NCBI GenBank assembly: GCA_963675295.2
Contig: CAXXKJ010000002.1
Location: forward strand, 1,536,001-1,600,000
Source: a bacterium
GTDB taxonomy: Bacteria > Electryoneota > Electryoneia > Electryoneales > Electryoneaceae
DNA length: 64,000 bases
Reading direction: 5' to 3'
Shown here: one piece after another, positions 51,128 through 60,402 of the stretch
How positions within the stretch are numbered: the stretch's first letter is position 1
How the letters are laid out: the number at the start of each line of letters is the position of its first letter
The notes under the pieces: model-generated
Databases searched by the model: none
What the model was told of the DNA's origin: nothing
What the model saw: only the letters and a program-made list of their open reading frames with translations
Position numbers and translations under genes: made by a program

Positions 51128-52336
51128 TCAGGCGTTGTTGAGACGCCGCGCCGCTTCCGCGATGACGTCTGGCGGTTCCGCGGTGTAGCAGAAACGCGCC
51201 CATCCGTCATACGCCACACCGAACGGACCGCCTGGGCTGACGACCACGCCGGCATTCAACATGCGGTCGAGTCGCTGGGCATCGTTGAGGCCGTCCCAGG
51301 TGTCGCGCATGTCGACGAAAAGATAAAACGAACCGTCCGCTGCCATGTACGGTCGTCTCACATTTTCCATCGCCGCTGAGCGGCACTCGAGATACGCCGC
51401 GCGCAGACGCTCGGTGATCGTGAAGTGATGGGCAAGCGCGCGAATTCCCTGCACTTGCGATGGCCGGTTGGGCTCGTACCCGACACCGACATGGGCGGGA
51501 TGCATTGCCGCGAGAGGCCCCGGCGCGGCAGTGATCCAGCCGAGGCGGAGGCCGGCGGCGGCGTACGATTTGGATGCGCTGAACACCGAGACCGTGCGCT
51601 CATGCATCTCGGGCAGCGATCCGATGCTGACGTACGGTTGCTGCGCCCAGACGTAATCCTCGTACGCTTCGTCACTCAGGATCCAGAGGTCATGCTTCCG
51701 TGCAAACGCGGCGATCTGTTCGAGAATCGGCTGCGGCAGGAACACGCCGGACGGGTTGTTCGGGTTGTTGAAGTAGATCGCGCGGGTGTTTTCGGTCAGG
51801 AACGGGGTGAGGATCTGCTCAACGTCGGCACCAGCTGAAGGCGTTGGATGATCATCAATCTGGATGTCTTCCGCGTTCGGGGCGAAATGGTGGAAGAACG
51901 GCACCTCGACGGCGCAGACTTTCGCCGTGGATGCAACCACCTTGAAGATCGTCCAGTGCGGCGACAGGGTGAGGACTTCGTCGCCCGGTTCCAGCAGCCG
52001 TGCCATCGCGAGGAACAGGCCGCCGGTCGCGCCGAAGGTGATCTGGATGTCGCGTTCGGAGTTCAGCGGCAGCTTGTTGACCGTGGTCAGCTTGTTGAAC
52101 AGACGGCGGCGCAGCTCAGGTTCACCCTGCGTTTCGCCGTACCGGCTCATGCGATCATTCCACGGTTCGGCGTCCAACGGTTGGTTCAGCTCAGGCGGCA
52201 GGTCAGAGTAGGTGTCGCCGACATGCAGCGCGATCGGCGCTTCGCCGGAACCGGAACGAGCATCGATTTCTTCGCGGATACGGTTGAAGATGGTGGCCTT
52301 GAAGCCATGATCACGAAGGTCTGCGGGGCGGGGCAT
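51128..52336 (-). CDS. PLP-dependent aminotransferase, class I/II
   Basis: 'NNPNNPSG', 'SDEAY', 'SASKSY...GLRLG', 'ARFCY'. Confidence 0.9.
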   Translation of the reverse strand: MPRPADLRDHGFKATIFNRIREEIDARSGSGEAPIALHVGDTYSDLPPELNQPLDAEPWNDRMSRYGETQGEPELRRRLFNKLTTVNKLPLNSERDIQITFGATGGLFLAMARLLEPGDEVLTLSPHWTIFKVVASTAKVCAVEVPFFHHFAPNAEDIQIDDHPTPSAGADVEQILTPFLTENTRAIYFNNPNNPSGVFLPQPILEQIAAFARKHDLWILSDEAYEDYVWAQQPYVSIGSLPEMHERTVSVFSASKSYAAAGLRLGWITAAPGPLAAMHPAHVGVGYEPNRPSQVQGIRALAHHFTITERLRAAYLECRSAAMENVRRPYMAADGSFYLFVDMRDTWDGLNDAQRLDRMLNAGVVVSPGGPFGVAYDGWARFCYTAEPPDVIAEAARRLNNA

Positions 52337-52339
52337 GGG

Positions 52340-53926
52340 TCACTCCTGCGCGTCGCGTTGATTGTCGTCGTGGGGGATCTGCACGGTCGCCGAATACGGG
52401 CCGGGATTGAGCTGATCCGGGGTCAGGTCGAGTGGGAAGCGCAGGATCAGGGTCGTGCCTTCACCACGCTGGCTGTGGATCTCGATCTCTCCCTGATGCT
52501 GTTCCATCACGTTGTGCGCGATCGCCAGACCCAACCCCATGCCGACACCGGGGCCCTTGGTGGTGAAGCCGGGGTCGTAGATGAGGGCGAGGTGTTCCTC
52601 GGCGATGCCGGAGCCGTTGTCACTGAAACGGATCACGGCGTGGCTGTCTACCGTACTCGTTTCGATCCGGATGAAGCCGTCTCCCTTGATCGATTCGATA
52701 GCGTTGGTCAGCGTGTTAAAGAAGACCTGGTTCACCAGCACCGGGAAGCCGAGCACGGGCGGCAAGTCGCCAAATTGTTTCTCGATGGTGATGCGGTCTT
52801 CCCAGCCCGGCGACAGCATGGCGATGGAATCTTCGAGGCCCTGGTGCAGGTCAAAGGTTTGGATCTCGGGTTCGTCCAGCCGTGCGAACGACTTCAACCG
52901 GTTGACCATCGTCGCGATCCGGTCGGAACCCGTCTGCACCACCTTAATCGCGGATTGAATGCTCTTCAGGATTCGCGCGGCTTTCTTGCGGTTCGCTTCG
53001 GAGTCCGGTTGTTCGAGCAGCGTGTCCAGCGAGGCGCTGGCAACCTGAACGGTTTTGGTGCTCGATTTGACAGCGCCCAGCGGGGTGTTGAACTCGTGCG
53101 CGACTCCGGCGACAAGGTGCGCGAGCGAAGCGATCTTTTCGGATTGAACCAACCGTGCCTGGGCGTCCCGGAGGTGACGGGTGCGGTCAGCGACTTTCTG
53201 TTCGAGGCCGAGGTTAAGCGCTTCGATCCGGTCAAACTGATGGTGCACGATGGCGATCAGGAAAAAGATCGCGCCGATTGCCGCACCAACGAAGCTGAGG
53301 AACTGGCCGGTGAAATTGAAATGAACCATCAGCAGCTCGAAAATCGGCTGCGCCAGGATCAGCACCGCGAGGCCGATTGTGTTGAGCGTGAGAAAGTGAC
53401 GGTCCGCTTCCTCGTCCGCTTCCCGAATCGCACGAAACAGCATCGGCCAGACAGTGAACGGCAGCGGGAGCATCGCCACCATCAGCAACCAGCCCAATGG
53501 GCCGTAACTGATGTTTAATCCGGTACTGGTAACCGTGACATTCTCGAACATCTGGTCGGTCAGACTACCGTAGATGATCATTGCCGGGATCGCAATGCCG
53601 AGGTAGATCAAGTTGTATTTTATAGGGATACCGAGGAATTTTTCGCGCAACCGCTTGTCATGTCCCGTCAGGACGATGATGAAATAGATCGTGCCCGCCA
53701 ATGCCAGCAGCGACGTCAGGATCAGCACCGGAATCCACTTGGACGCGTCCGGGTGATCCCAGTTGTTGAGCACGAAAAAGTTGACCAGCGCATCGGTTCC
53801 GAATGCTCCCGCGAACAGGGCGAACGCGACATTCACCCGTTCCTTGGTCCGGAACAGCCAGCCGACCAGCTCAAGAGTGTAGAGCAGAACGGCGGCGATC
53901 AACGCAGGTATGGCGTACGGGTTCAT
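52340..53926 (-). CDS. Sensor histidine kinase with N-terminal 7TM region
   Basis: Seven hydrophobic segments; H-box 'AGVAHEFNTPLG'; N, G1, F and G2 boxes. Confidence 0.92.
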   Translation of the reverse strand: MNPYAIPALIAAVLLYTLELVGWLFRTKERVNVAFALFAGAFGTDALVNFFVLNNWDHPDASKWIPVLILTSLLALAGTIYFIIVLTGHDKRLREKFLGIPIKYNLIYLGIAIPAMIIYGSLTDQMFENVTVTSTGLNISYGPLGWLLMVAMLPLPFTVWPMLFRAIREADEEADRHFLTLNTIGLAVLILAQPIFELLMVHFNFTGQFLSFVGAAIGAIFFLIAIVHHQFDRIEALNLGLEQKVADRTRHLRDAQARLVQSEKIASLAHLVAGVAHEFNTPLGAVKSSTKTVQVASASLDTLLEQPDSEANRKKAARILKSIQSAIKVVQTGSDRIATMVNRLKSFARLDEPEIQTFDLHQGLEDSIAMLSPGWEDRITIEKQFGDLPPVLGFPVLVNQVFFNTLTNAIESIKGDGFIRIETSTVDSHAVIRFSDNGSGIAEEHLALIYDPGFTTKGPGVGMGLGLAIAHNVMEQHQGEIEIHSQRGEGTTLILRFPLDLTPDQLNPGPYSATVQIPHDDNQRDAQE

Positions 53927-53948
53927 GTTCCTCTCAACGGCTTCTCTC

Positions 53949-54322
53949 AACCACGGAATACACGGAACACACGGAAAAAGACTTTTTGAACCGCGAAAGG
54001 CGCGAAAACAGCGAAAAAAACCTGAAGTAATTGGTAACTGCGAAAGAAAAAAAACAAATCTGAATGATTGGAAAAGAAAACAACTTAAAAAATTTAAAAA
54101 TAAAAAGTATGTATCAATACAAAGAATAACAGGTATATCCAGTTACTATGATTATAAATATATAGGTAAATATTGGTAGTTATTGTTTTGCAATTAAAAG
54201 TATTTATTTTTTTTTAACATAAAGTAATTCTTTTATCTTTTCTTTCCTTTTTTCGCGCCTTTCGCGGTTCAATCTGTTGTTATCTTTCCGTTTATTCCGT
54301 TTATTCCGTGTATTCCGTGGTT
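53949..54322. mobile_element. AT-rich insert bracketed by two nested pairs of inverted repeats
   Basis: Outer 9-mer-periodic IRs (53949-53981 / 54283-54322); perfect 23-bp inner IR (53986-54008 / 54250-54272); interior 54061-54240 counted by hand at 33/180 G+C. Confidence 0.7.
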
Positions 54323-55448
54323 ACCTGTCTTTCAGGTATACCGCGCCGGGTTCGATCATCGCGCCACGCGGCTGGTACTCGAGGCAGTGCGCCATCCAGC
54401 CGGTCTGGATCGCGAGGCAGAACGGGATCGGGAACGAGCTCACCGGCAGGCCGATGGGTGCGTACACGAGGCCGGTGATGCTGTCGACGTTGGCGTAGAT
54501 ACCTTTCGGTCCGAGGGCGGATTCCACCTCACCGCGTACCGCTTCGTAGACTTTCCAGCGGCCGGCCATGCCCTTGTCGGCGAGCAGGTTCTTGGCGAAC
54601 GGTTCCAGCACCCGCACGCGTGGGTCCGGGCACTTGTAGATGCGGTGGCCATACCCGGGGAAACGGTACTTGCCGGCGGCTTTCACCTGCGCCCAGGTGC
54701 GCGCGTCTTTCGGTTTGTCAAACTGGGCCAGATCTTCGTACGCGAGCTGGTTCGCGCCACCGTGGCGAACACCGGAGAGCGCGCCCATGCCAGCCAGTAC
54801 CGCCGAGCCGAGATCGGCGCCGGTGCTGATGACGATCAGTGCGGCGAACGCGGCGGCGTGGAGGCCGTGTTCGGCCTGCACGATCAGGCTGACGTCGAAC
54901 GCTTTTTCCTCGTGTTCGTTAACCCGGCGTCCCAGCGCCTGGTAAAGGAAATTCGCGGAGAAGCCGAGATGGTCTTTCGGCGGCAGTGGTTTCTTGCCGT
55001 TCAGGTGTCGAATCGCTCCGGCAGCCAGAGCTGCCGACCAGCTGAGGATCCGGGCCGGACGCCGCCACTGGGCCTGCATGTCGGTGCGGGAGGCCTCCGG
55101 GATATGGCACGCGGCGATGGTCAGCATGGTGCGATACTGCGCCAACGGGTGCGCGTTGGACGGGATATACTTCAGCGCGTCGAACGCTTCCTGCGGCGGA
55201 GTGCGCCACTTTTTCAGCTCTTCGTCCCACATCGCGGCTTCCTGCGGAGTGGGCAGATTGCCGTGCAGGATGAGGTACGCGACCTCCTCGAACGAGCAGC
55301 AATCGGCCAGTTCGTCGAGCGGGTAACCACGGTACATCAGGCGGCTGTTTTTGCCATCAATTTGGCCGACCCGAGTGTCGGTGACGACGAGGTTTTCGAG
55401 CCCGCGGTTGTAGGTTTGAATCTGGTAGCCGGAGGTGTAGGGTCTCAC
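54321..55448 (-). CDS. Citrate-synthase-family protein B (catalytic His/His/Asp present; substrate Arg residues lost)
   Basis: GTG start overlapping the upstream stop (GTGA); 'RHGGAN', 'GYGHRIYK.PDPR', 'ANVD'. Confidence 0.85.
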   Translation of the reverse strand: MRPYTSGYQIQTYNRGLENLVVTDTRVGQIDGKNSRLMYRGYPLDELADCCSFEEVAYLILHGNLPTPQEAAMWDEELKKWRTPPQEAFDALKYIPSNAHPLAQYRTMLTIAACHIPEASRTDMQAQWRRPARILSWSAALAAGAIRHLNGKKPLPPKDHLGFSANFLYQALGRRVNEHEEKAFDVSLIVQAEHGLHAAAFAALIVISTGADLGSAVLAGMGALSGVRHGGANQLAYEDLAQFDKPKDARTWAQVKAAGKYRFPGYGHRIYKCPDPRVRVLEPFAKNLLADKGMAGRWKVYEAVRGEVESALGPKGIYANVDSITGLVYAPIGLPVSSFPIPFCLAIQTGWMAHCLEYQPRGAMIEPGAVYLKDR

Positions 55449-56650
55449 TTTTCCGCCCCCCGGTTGATGCGGCGGATCGGGTGGCCGACATAACGGTCGA
55501 GCGGACGGTACAAGCGCGGGTTCTCCAGTTCTTCGTGCACCCGTGCCATCAGGCCGGCCATGCGTCCCACCATGTACAGGCACGGCAGCATCGGCTTATC
55601 CGCGCCGATCAGGTGAAACAGAAGCGCGGCGTAGAAGTTGATGTTGACGTGCACGCCGCGCGGGGCCAGTTGCCGCAGGGCTTCATCCTCAACGGCGCGA
55701 GCGATGTCAAACAGTTCCGGGGTGCTTTTGCGCCGGGCCTGGGCGGCGACTTCCTTGCGCAGGATGACGACGCGCGGGTCGGGCATGTGGTACAGCCGGT
55801 GACCGAAGCCTCCGATACGTCCGCCGGAGGCGATGGTCGAGGCGACCCACAGCCGCGCTTCTTCCGGATCGTTCAGGGCGAGAATCTGCTCGAGCACTGT
55901 CTCGCCCGCCCCGCCGAGCTTGTCTCCACGCAGGGCGGACAATCCGGCGACGACATTGTAGTACGGATCGGCGAGTGTGCTGGCGACGACCATCGAGGTG
56001 AAGGTGGGCGCATCGAGGCCGTGATCGGCGAAAAGCACCCAGAGCAGGTCGAGCGAATGGACGTCTTCCGAGTCTGGGTCGCGATCCTGCAACACGCGCA
56101 GCATCTCGTGCGCGATGTCGTATTCAGAGTGGAACAGCACTGGCCCGCGTCCCACGCGATGCGCGGCGATTTGCGCGACCAGCGCCGCAACTTGTGCGAT
56201 GATGCGCAGCTCTCGCCAGTGACGGTCGCCGGATAGATCGTCTTCGACAGTCATTTCGTGGCACCCGAGCGCGGACACTCCCGCCCGCAGCATGCGTGTC
56301 GGATGGATACCGGGGTCCATCGAACGGATCAACGCGATGACATTTTCCGGTAGTTCCCGGCTGGCGCGCAGGTTGTCGCGGAAGCTGGTGAACGCGGCTT
56401 CGTCCTCAGCCGGTTCGTTGCCGGTGATCAGCAGGTGAGCGATTTCCTCGTAGCTGTGCATACCGGCCAGCCGTTCGATCGGTACGCCGCGGTATTCGAG
56501 TGTACCGCTGGACGGATCGAGCCAACTGACGCGCGTCGCGGAAGCGATCACGCCGGACAGTCCCGGACCGACCTCGCTGGTGACCGGCCAGTCGAGCTCG
56601 TCCAGCGCCCATGAGTAATTGGAACTGAGGGTGCGGAAGGCTTTCATCAC
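55445..56650 (-). CDS. Citrate-synthase-family protein A (catalytic His and Asp substituted)
   Basis: 'GTLEYRG', 'ADHG', 'GDKLGGAG', 'GFGHRLY..PDPR', 'VNINFY', 'RLYRP'. Confidence 0.85.
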   Translation of the reverse strand: MMKAFRTLSSNYSWALDELDWPVTSEVGPGLSGVIASATRVSWLDPSSGTLEYRGVPIERLAGMHSYEEIAHLLITGNEPAEDEAAFTSFRDNLRASRELPENVIALIRSMDPGIHPTRMLRAGVSALGCHEMTVEDDLSGDRHWRELRIIAQVAALVAQIAAHRVGRGPVLFHSEYDIAHEMLRVLQDRDPDSEDVHSLDLLWVLFADHGLDAPTFTSMVVASTLADPYYNVVAGLSALRGDKLGGAGETVLEQILALNDPEEARLWVASTIASGGRIGGFGHRLYHMPDPRVVILRKEVAAQARRKSTPELFDIARAVEDEALRQLAPRGVHVNINFYAALLFHLIGADKPMLPCLYMVGRMAGLMARVHEELENPRLYRPLDRYVGHPIRRINRGAEK

Positions 56651-56763
56651 GATCCTTGTCAGCTCTTTGGTTGCCGAAAGGTACGGTCAGGGTGCGGGTG
56701 GGACAACGTACGCGGGTGGAAAATCAAGCCGCGTGGCGATCCGGCAGCCTGCTGGTTGATCTC

Positions 56764-57264
56764 TCATTCTTCCCGCAGCAACCGCCGGAACTGAGCGACC
56801 TGGCTGGAATGATAGATCGCATGAAACGCGGCGCCGGTGACCAAGTATTCGAGCTCATCATTTGGAACGGCGGGTTGGATTGTCTTGTCTCGCAGCTCGA
56901 CAAGTGTGTCGAGCAATCTGGTGTATTCCTCACGCAACAGCTTGCGATCCGCTTTCCACTGGGTTTCGGTCGCTTCTGCTGGTTGTTCAAGCCAGTCGCT
57001 GCCTGTACGTGGAAAGCTACCCTGTCCGGTGCCGCTGATCTTGACCCGCACCCGGTAGCACCAGTAGGCGCAATGCAGGCAGATCTGCCAGATAGTCTTG
57101 CTGCGTCCCGGGACGGCACGACGGGCGGTTTCGGCATCCACGCCCTTCAATGCGCTGTTGAGGTTCTTGCCGTGCCACGCGCCGCGCATGTAACTCATTT
57201 CAACACTGGCGATCAAGCTATCCCAACCGGGAGGAGTATCTGAGCGCCGCCAGAACTTAGCCAT
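56764..57264 (-). CDS. DinB/YfiT-family protein
   Basis: 'AWHG', 'TIWQICLHCAYW', 'HAIYHSSQ'. Confidence 0.8.
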   Translation of the reverse strand: MAKFWRRSDTPPGWDSLIASVEMSYMRGAWHGKNLNSALKGVDAETARRAVPGRSKTIWQICLHCAYWCYRVRVKISGTGQGSFPRTGSDWLEQPAEATETQWKADRKLLREEYTRLLDTLVELRDKTIQPAVPNDELEYLVTGAAFHAIYHSSQVAQFRRLLREE

Positions 57265-57464
57265 GGTGAAGTCTCCCACAATCAACTTCTATCCTGTTGT
57301 ATTTATAGATGATTGTAAGAATATGATCGGGGAGCCCACAACAAGAAAGTGTTAGTTAACGATTGAATAAGTACTTAAGCAGTACCATATTGCCCATAGC
57401 GAAACAGAAATAGTTCTACTTGCTTGCGTTACAGTATTGTCAGGAAGAGATGAGGTGCCGTCGT

Positions 57465-57980
57465 ATGCGTCGTGTTTGTTCGTGGTGCAATTCGGAAATG
57501 GATCCGATTCCATCCTCGCTGGTGGATCCGCGCGGCATTACCCACGGCATCTGCGAGGATTGTTCCAGACGGCTGATCCGTCCCGAATCGCATACCATTC
57601 AGGAATTCCTCGAGAAGTTACCGTTCCCGGTGATGGTCGTGGATGATGATGTTGTCGTACTCGCGGCGAACAAGCTCGCGTTGACACTGCTAGGCAAGTC
57701 GGAATATGAAGTTGTCGACAAGCTCGGTGGTGTGGTAGTGGAGTGTGCGTACTCCGAGCAGCCCGGCGGGTGTGGCAAGACCTCGTTTTGCCGCGGGTGC
57801 CAACTGCGTGAAAGTGTTACCCGGACCTACATCAGCGGCCGCTCATTGAAGGGGATTGAGGCGACGTTAACCACGATGATGGACGATACACTGGTGGACG
57901 TGATGCATCACATTACCACGGAGAAGATGGGGGATCTGGTGCTGGTACGTCTCGACGACCTGAAATCGAACCTGCCGTAG
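57465..57980 (+). CDS. Cys-rich protein: N-terminal CxxC...HGICxxC finger plus PAS-like domain
   Basis: 'CSWC', 'THGICEDC', PAS-like 'PFPVMVVDDD...AN', 'CAYS...GGCG...CRGC'. Confidence 0.7.
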   Translation: MRRVCSWCNSEMDPIPSSLVDPRGITHGICEDCSRRLIRPESHTIQEFLEKLPFPVMVVDDDVVVLAANKLALTLLGKSEYEVVDKLGGVVVECAYSEQPGGCGKTSFCRGCQLRESVTRTYISGRSLKGIEATLTTMMDDTLVDVMHHITTEKMGDLVLVRLDDLKSNLP

Positions 57981-58001
57981 CTGGTGGGTTGAACGGAACG
58001 A

Positions 58002-58031
58002 CAAAGCCCCCGGTTTTGGCCGGGGGCTTTG
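58002..58031. terminator. Bidirectional rho-independent terminator
   Basis: CAAAGCCCCCGG-ttttgg-CCGGGGGCTTTG between convergent genes. Confidence 0.85.
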
Positions 58032-58051
58032 CTGTAGGGATACGTCAGGGA

Positions 58052-58501
58052 TCAGAGAAAAACTCGCTGGTTGACGAATTCGTCTTCGCTCTGGTACGTG
58101 ACGCGCAGGTAGAAGGTTTCAATCGGCAGCCGGTATTCACGGAAGACGAAGGTATGCCGTCCCTCGTTCAGCTGGCCATCGTGCAGCGTCAGGACTTCGC
58201 GTCCGAGACGATCGTACAGCACCATCTTGACGTTCGCGCGTTCCGGCACGTCGAGCGTCGCGGCGGTTTCACCGTTCAGCAGGTTGACCTGCATTGGGTG
58301 CAGAAAGAACGTATCGCTCAGCTCTTCGCAGCACTGGTCGAAGGTGTCCTCGATATTGATCTCACGCATCGGGACAGTTGCTTCCGCGACGGTTGCGGCG
58401 GCGGTCTTCGTGGCTGCAGTGACGGCGTTCTCGGCCGCAAAGCTTACACTGCTCAATCCTACGAGTATCATCACGGTGATGATGGTCATTTTCTTCATCA
58501 T
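58052..58501 (-). CDS. Small secreted protein consisting mainly of a sorting-domain-like (FlgD-Ig/CTD) fold
   Basis: Signal peptide; 'VKMVLYDRLGREVLTLHDGQLNEGRHTFVF...FYLRV'. Confidence 0.7.
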   Translation of the reverse strand: MMKKMTIITVMILVGLSSVSFAAENAVTAATKTAAATVAEATVPMREINIEDTFDQCCEELSDTFFLHPMQVNLLNGETAATLDVPERANVKMVLYDRLGREVLTLHDGQLNEGRHTFVFREYRLPIETFYLRVTYQSEDEFVNQRVFL

Positions 58502-58712
58502 GGTCCTTCTCTCCTCTTCAGGGTCGGCTGCTGTCGCGCCCTGTTGTTCACCCTCCACGCCCCTGTGACGACGGGTTCGTGCGCTGGGTTACTGCGAAGG
58601 GAGCACATTGAGAGCCCCCGGGAGCCGGACAGGGCAATCGCAGGTCATGAACGGAGTTCAGCATGAGCCACGATTCCCCTGGTGCGACCTCGCGTTCCCG
58701 GATGGTGCCGGG

Positions 58713-58997
58713 TCAACGCGCGTGATTCACGTTCGTACTCGTCACCGGCTTGACCAACCGCTGGAACGGTCCGTCGTCAGTTCCCGGTTCCGGAGTCAGC
58801 GGAATCGGAATCCACGGCAGGTAAGGTTGGAAGATCGGAAGACATGCGATCTTGTCGGCCGGGACGTGAATCCGGGGATTCAAATCTTCGGCGTAGAAAG
58901 CCCTCTCATTGGGGAGGGGATTGTTGGCGAGGGACGGTGCCGCAACTGCAAGCACCAGCACCAGGCAGGCCAAAAGCATCATCGATTGTGTACGCAT
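58713..58997 (-). CDS. Small Pro-rich secreted hypothetical protein
   Basis: AGGAG RBS; signal peptide ending PSLA. Confidence 0.6.
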   Translation of the reverse strand: MRTQSMMLLACLVLVLAVAAPSLANNPLPNERAFYAEDLNPRIHVPADKIACLPIFQPYLPWIPIPLTPEPGTDDGPFQRLVKPVTSTNVNHAR

Positions 58998-59163
58998 CGT
59001 CGTATCTCCTGTTCAGGATGTCAGACGTCGCGCAGCACCCACGTTCCGTACTTAGTAGACGCAAACATGGAGAGGATAGTTACAGGAGTTTTTTCGGGTG
59101 TGACTCCGTGGAGGAGACAAAGGGAAGGCAATCACCGGAAAGGCAGTCAGTTCCGGGGATGGA

Positions 59164-59913
59164 TCAGGGTTTGACCAGGCGGGCGTAATCCGGTGGGATG
59201 CCGTCGCCGCCGGGTACATACAGAACGTCGCCACCATTCAGCAGTTGGTATGTGTCCATCACGGTACGATTCCCGTTTTCCTCGATGACGAAATTGAAGG
59301 TTGAATCATTCTCCTGGACAAGCGGTCCGACGCCCCCGATGTACCACTTGCCATCGCGCTGGATGATGTCGTACCACGATGCCGACCACTCACTGAAACA
59401 GGAGCCGACACACCCCTCGGGCTGGACATGGGTCTGCCGGATCTGATCGACCTGATCCGCCTGCCTCCCCTGAATGTGAACACGCGCGGTGCGTTCGCCG
59501 GTGTCGGGGTCGGTCGTCAACGCGCCGGTGCCATAGATCTGCGGATCGGGCGGCATGTACTCCGGGTAGTGAAACACGATCGTCGGTGTGGGGTAGAGGG
59601 TGTCGCCGTCCACGGTCAGCAGCTAATACATCCGTTCGCTGTACATCTCGAACGTCTGATTGTACGGCCTGGATATGTCGGCCCATGCGTTGATGGCGAA
59701 TACGATCTCGCGAAGCTTGTCCTCGTCGTAACGTTCATAGACCTGAACGTCGATGGTGCGTTTGGGCGTGTCTTTCTCCAGACCGCTCCACTTGATCCGG
59801 TCCGAGGCGATGGAATAACCGTCGAAGAAACGGCCGGCGTGGCTTGAGACAGGTAGCGCAAGCGTAACAAAAACGATGAGGGCTACCACCAGAATCAAGT
59901 GCCAGCGTTTCAT
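59164..59913 (-). pseudogene. Secreted hypothetical protein interrupted by one in-frame TAG (59623-59625)
   Basis: ORFs 59623-59913 and 59164-59613 are in frame: ...ATG TAT TAG CTG CTG ACC GTG GAC... Confidence 0.6.
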
Positions 59914-59969
59914 TGCGGACTCCGACAGATACGGCGCCGGAATCACCGGCGCCGTTCGGATGCATACGA

Positions 59970-60368
59970 TCAGGCCTGGACGGCTTTGTAGCCGTAGTAG
60001 ATGACGCTGGCCTCGTTGTCATCGTACAGCTTGCGGAACTCGAAGTTGACCGGCATGCCGATCTTGACGTCGTCGACGTCGAGGTCGGTCAGCTGGCAGG
60101 TGAGCCGGACTCCGTCTTCGGTTTCGACCACGGCGAGTGCGTACGGCGCGAGGTCGGCGTACGGTGTCGGCGCGACACGGATGATGGTGTAGGTCACCAC
60201 CTTGCCGCTGCCGCTGAGCTGCACCTCTTCGAATGTCGCGTCGAGGTTGCCCGGCGCGACGAGACGCGGCGGGAAGTAGATTTTTCCCGTTTCGGTGTCC
60301 TTGTTCGCGATCATGCGGTACCGTTGCGGCTGTTCACGCCACACCCGGCCGGTTAATGTCTGGGCCAT
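59970..60368 (-). CDS. DUF35 (Zn-ribbon/OB-fold) scaffold protein of the thiolase/HMG-CoA synthase complex
   Basis: 'WREQPQRYRM', 'YFPPR', 'GKVVTYTII', 'IGMPV...FRKL...IYYGYK'. Confidence 0.88.
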   Translation of the reverse strand: MAQTLTGRVWREQPQRYRMIANKDTETGKIYFPPRLVAPGNLDATFEEVQLSGSGKVVTYTIIRVAPTPYADLAPYALAVVETEDGVRLTCQLTDLDVDDVKIGMPVNFEFRKLYDDNEASVIYYGYKAVQA

Positions 60369-60402
60369 CGCTTTATCTCCTTACAATTCAATGTCTTCGA
60401 CA

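Noticed and set aside
53910-54179. 89-aa Lys-rich plus-strand ORF across the AT-rich insert
   Set aside because: Starts inside the kinase gene on the opposite strand, crosses the repeat arms, has no RBS and has low-complexity composition.
11267-59625. Genome-wide TAG reassignment
   Set aside because: TAG ends many genes at their expected C-termini (lpdA 4908, pduO 26265, PTS IIA 35122, thiolase 60491), so it functions as a stop.
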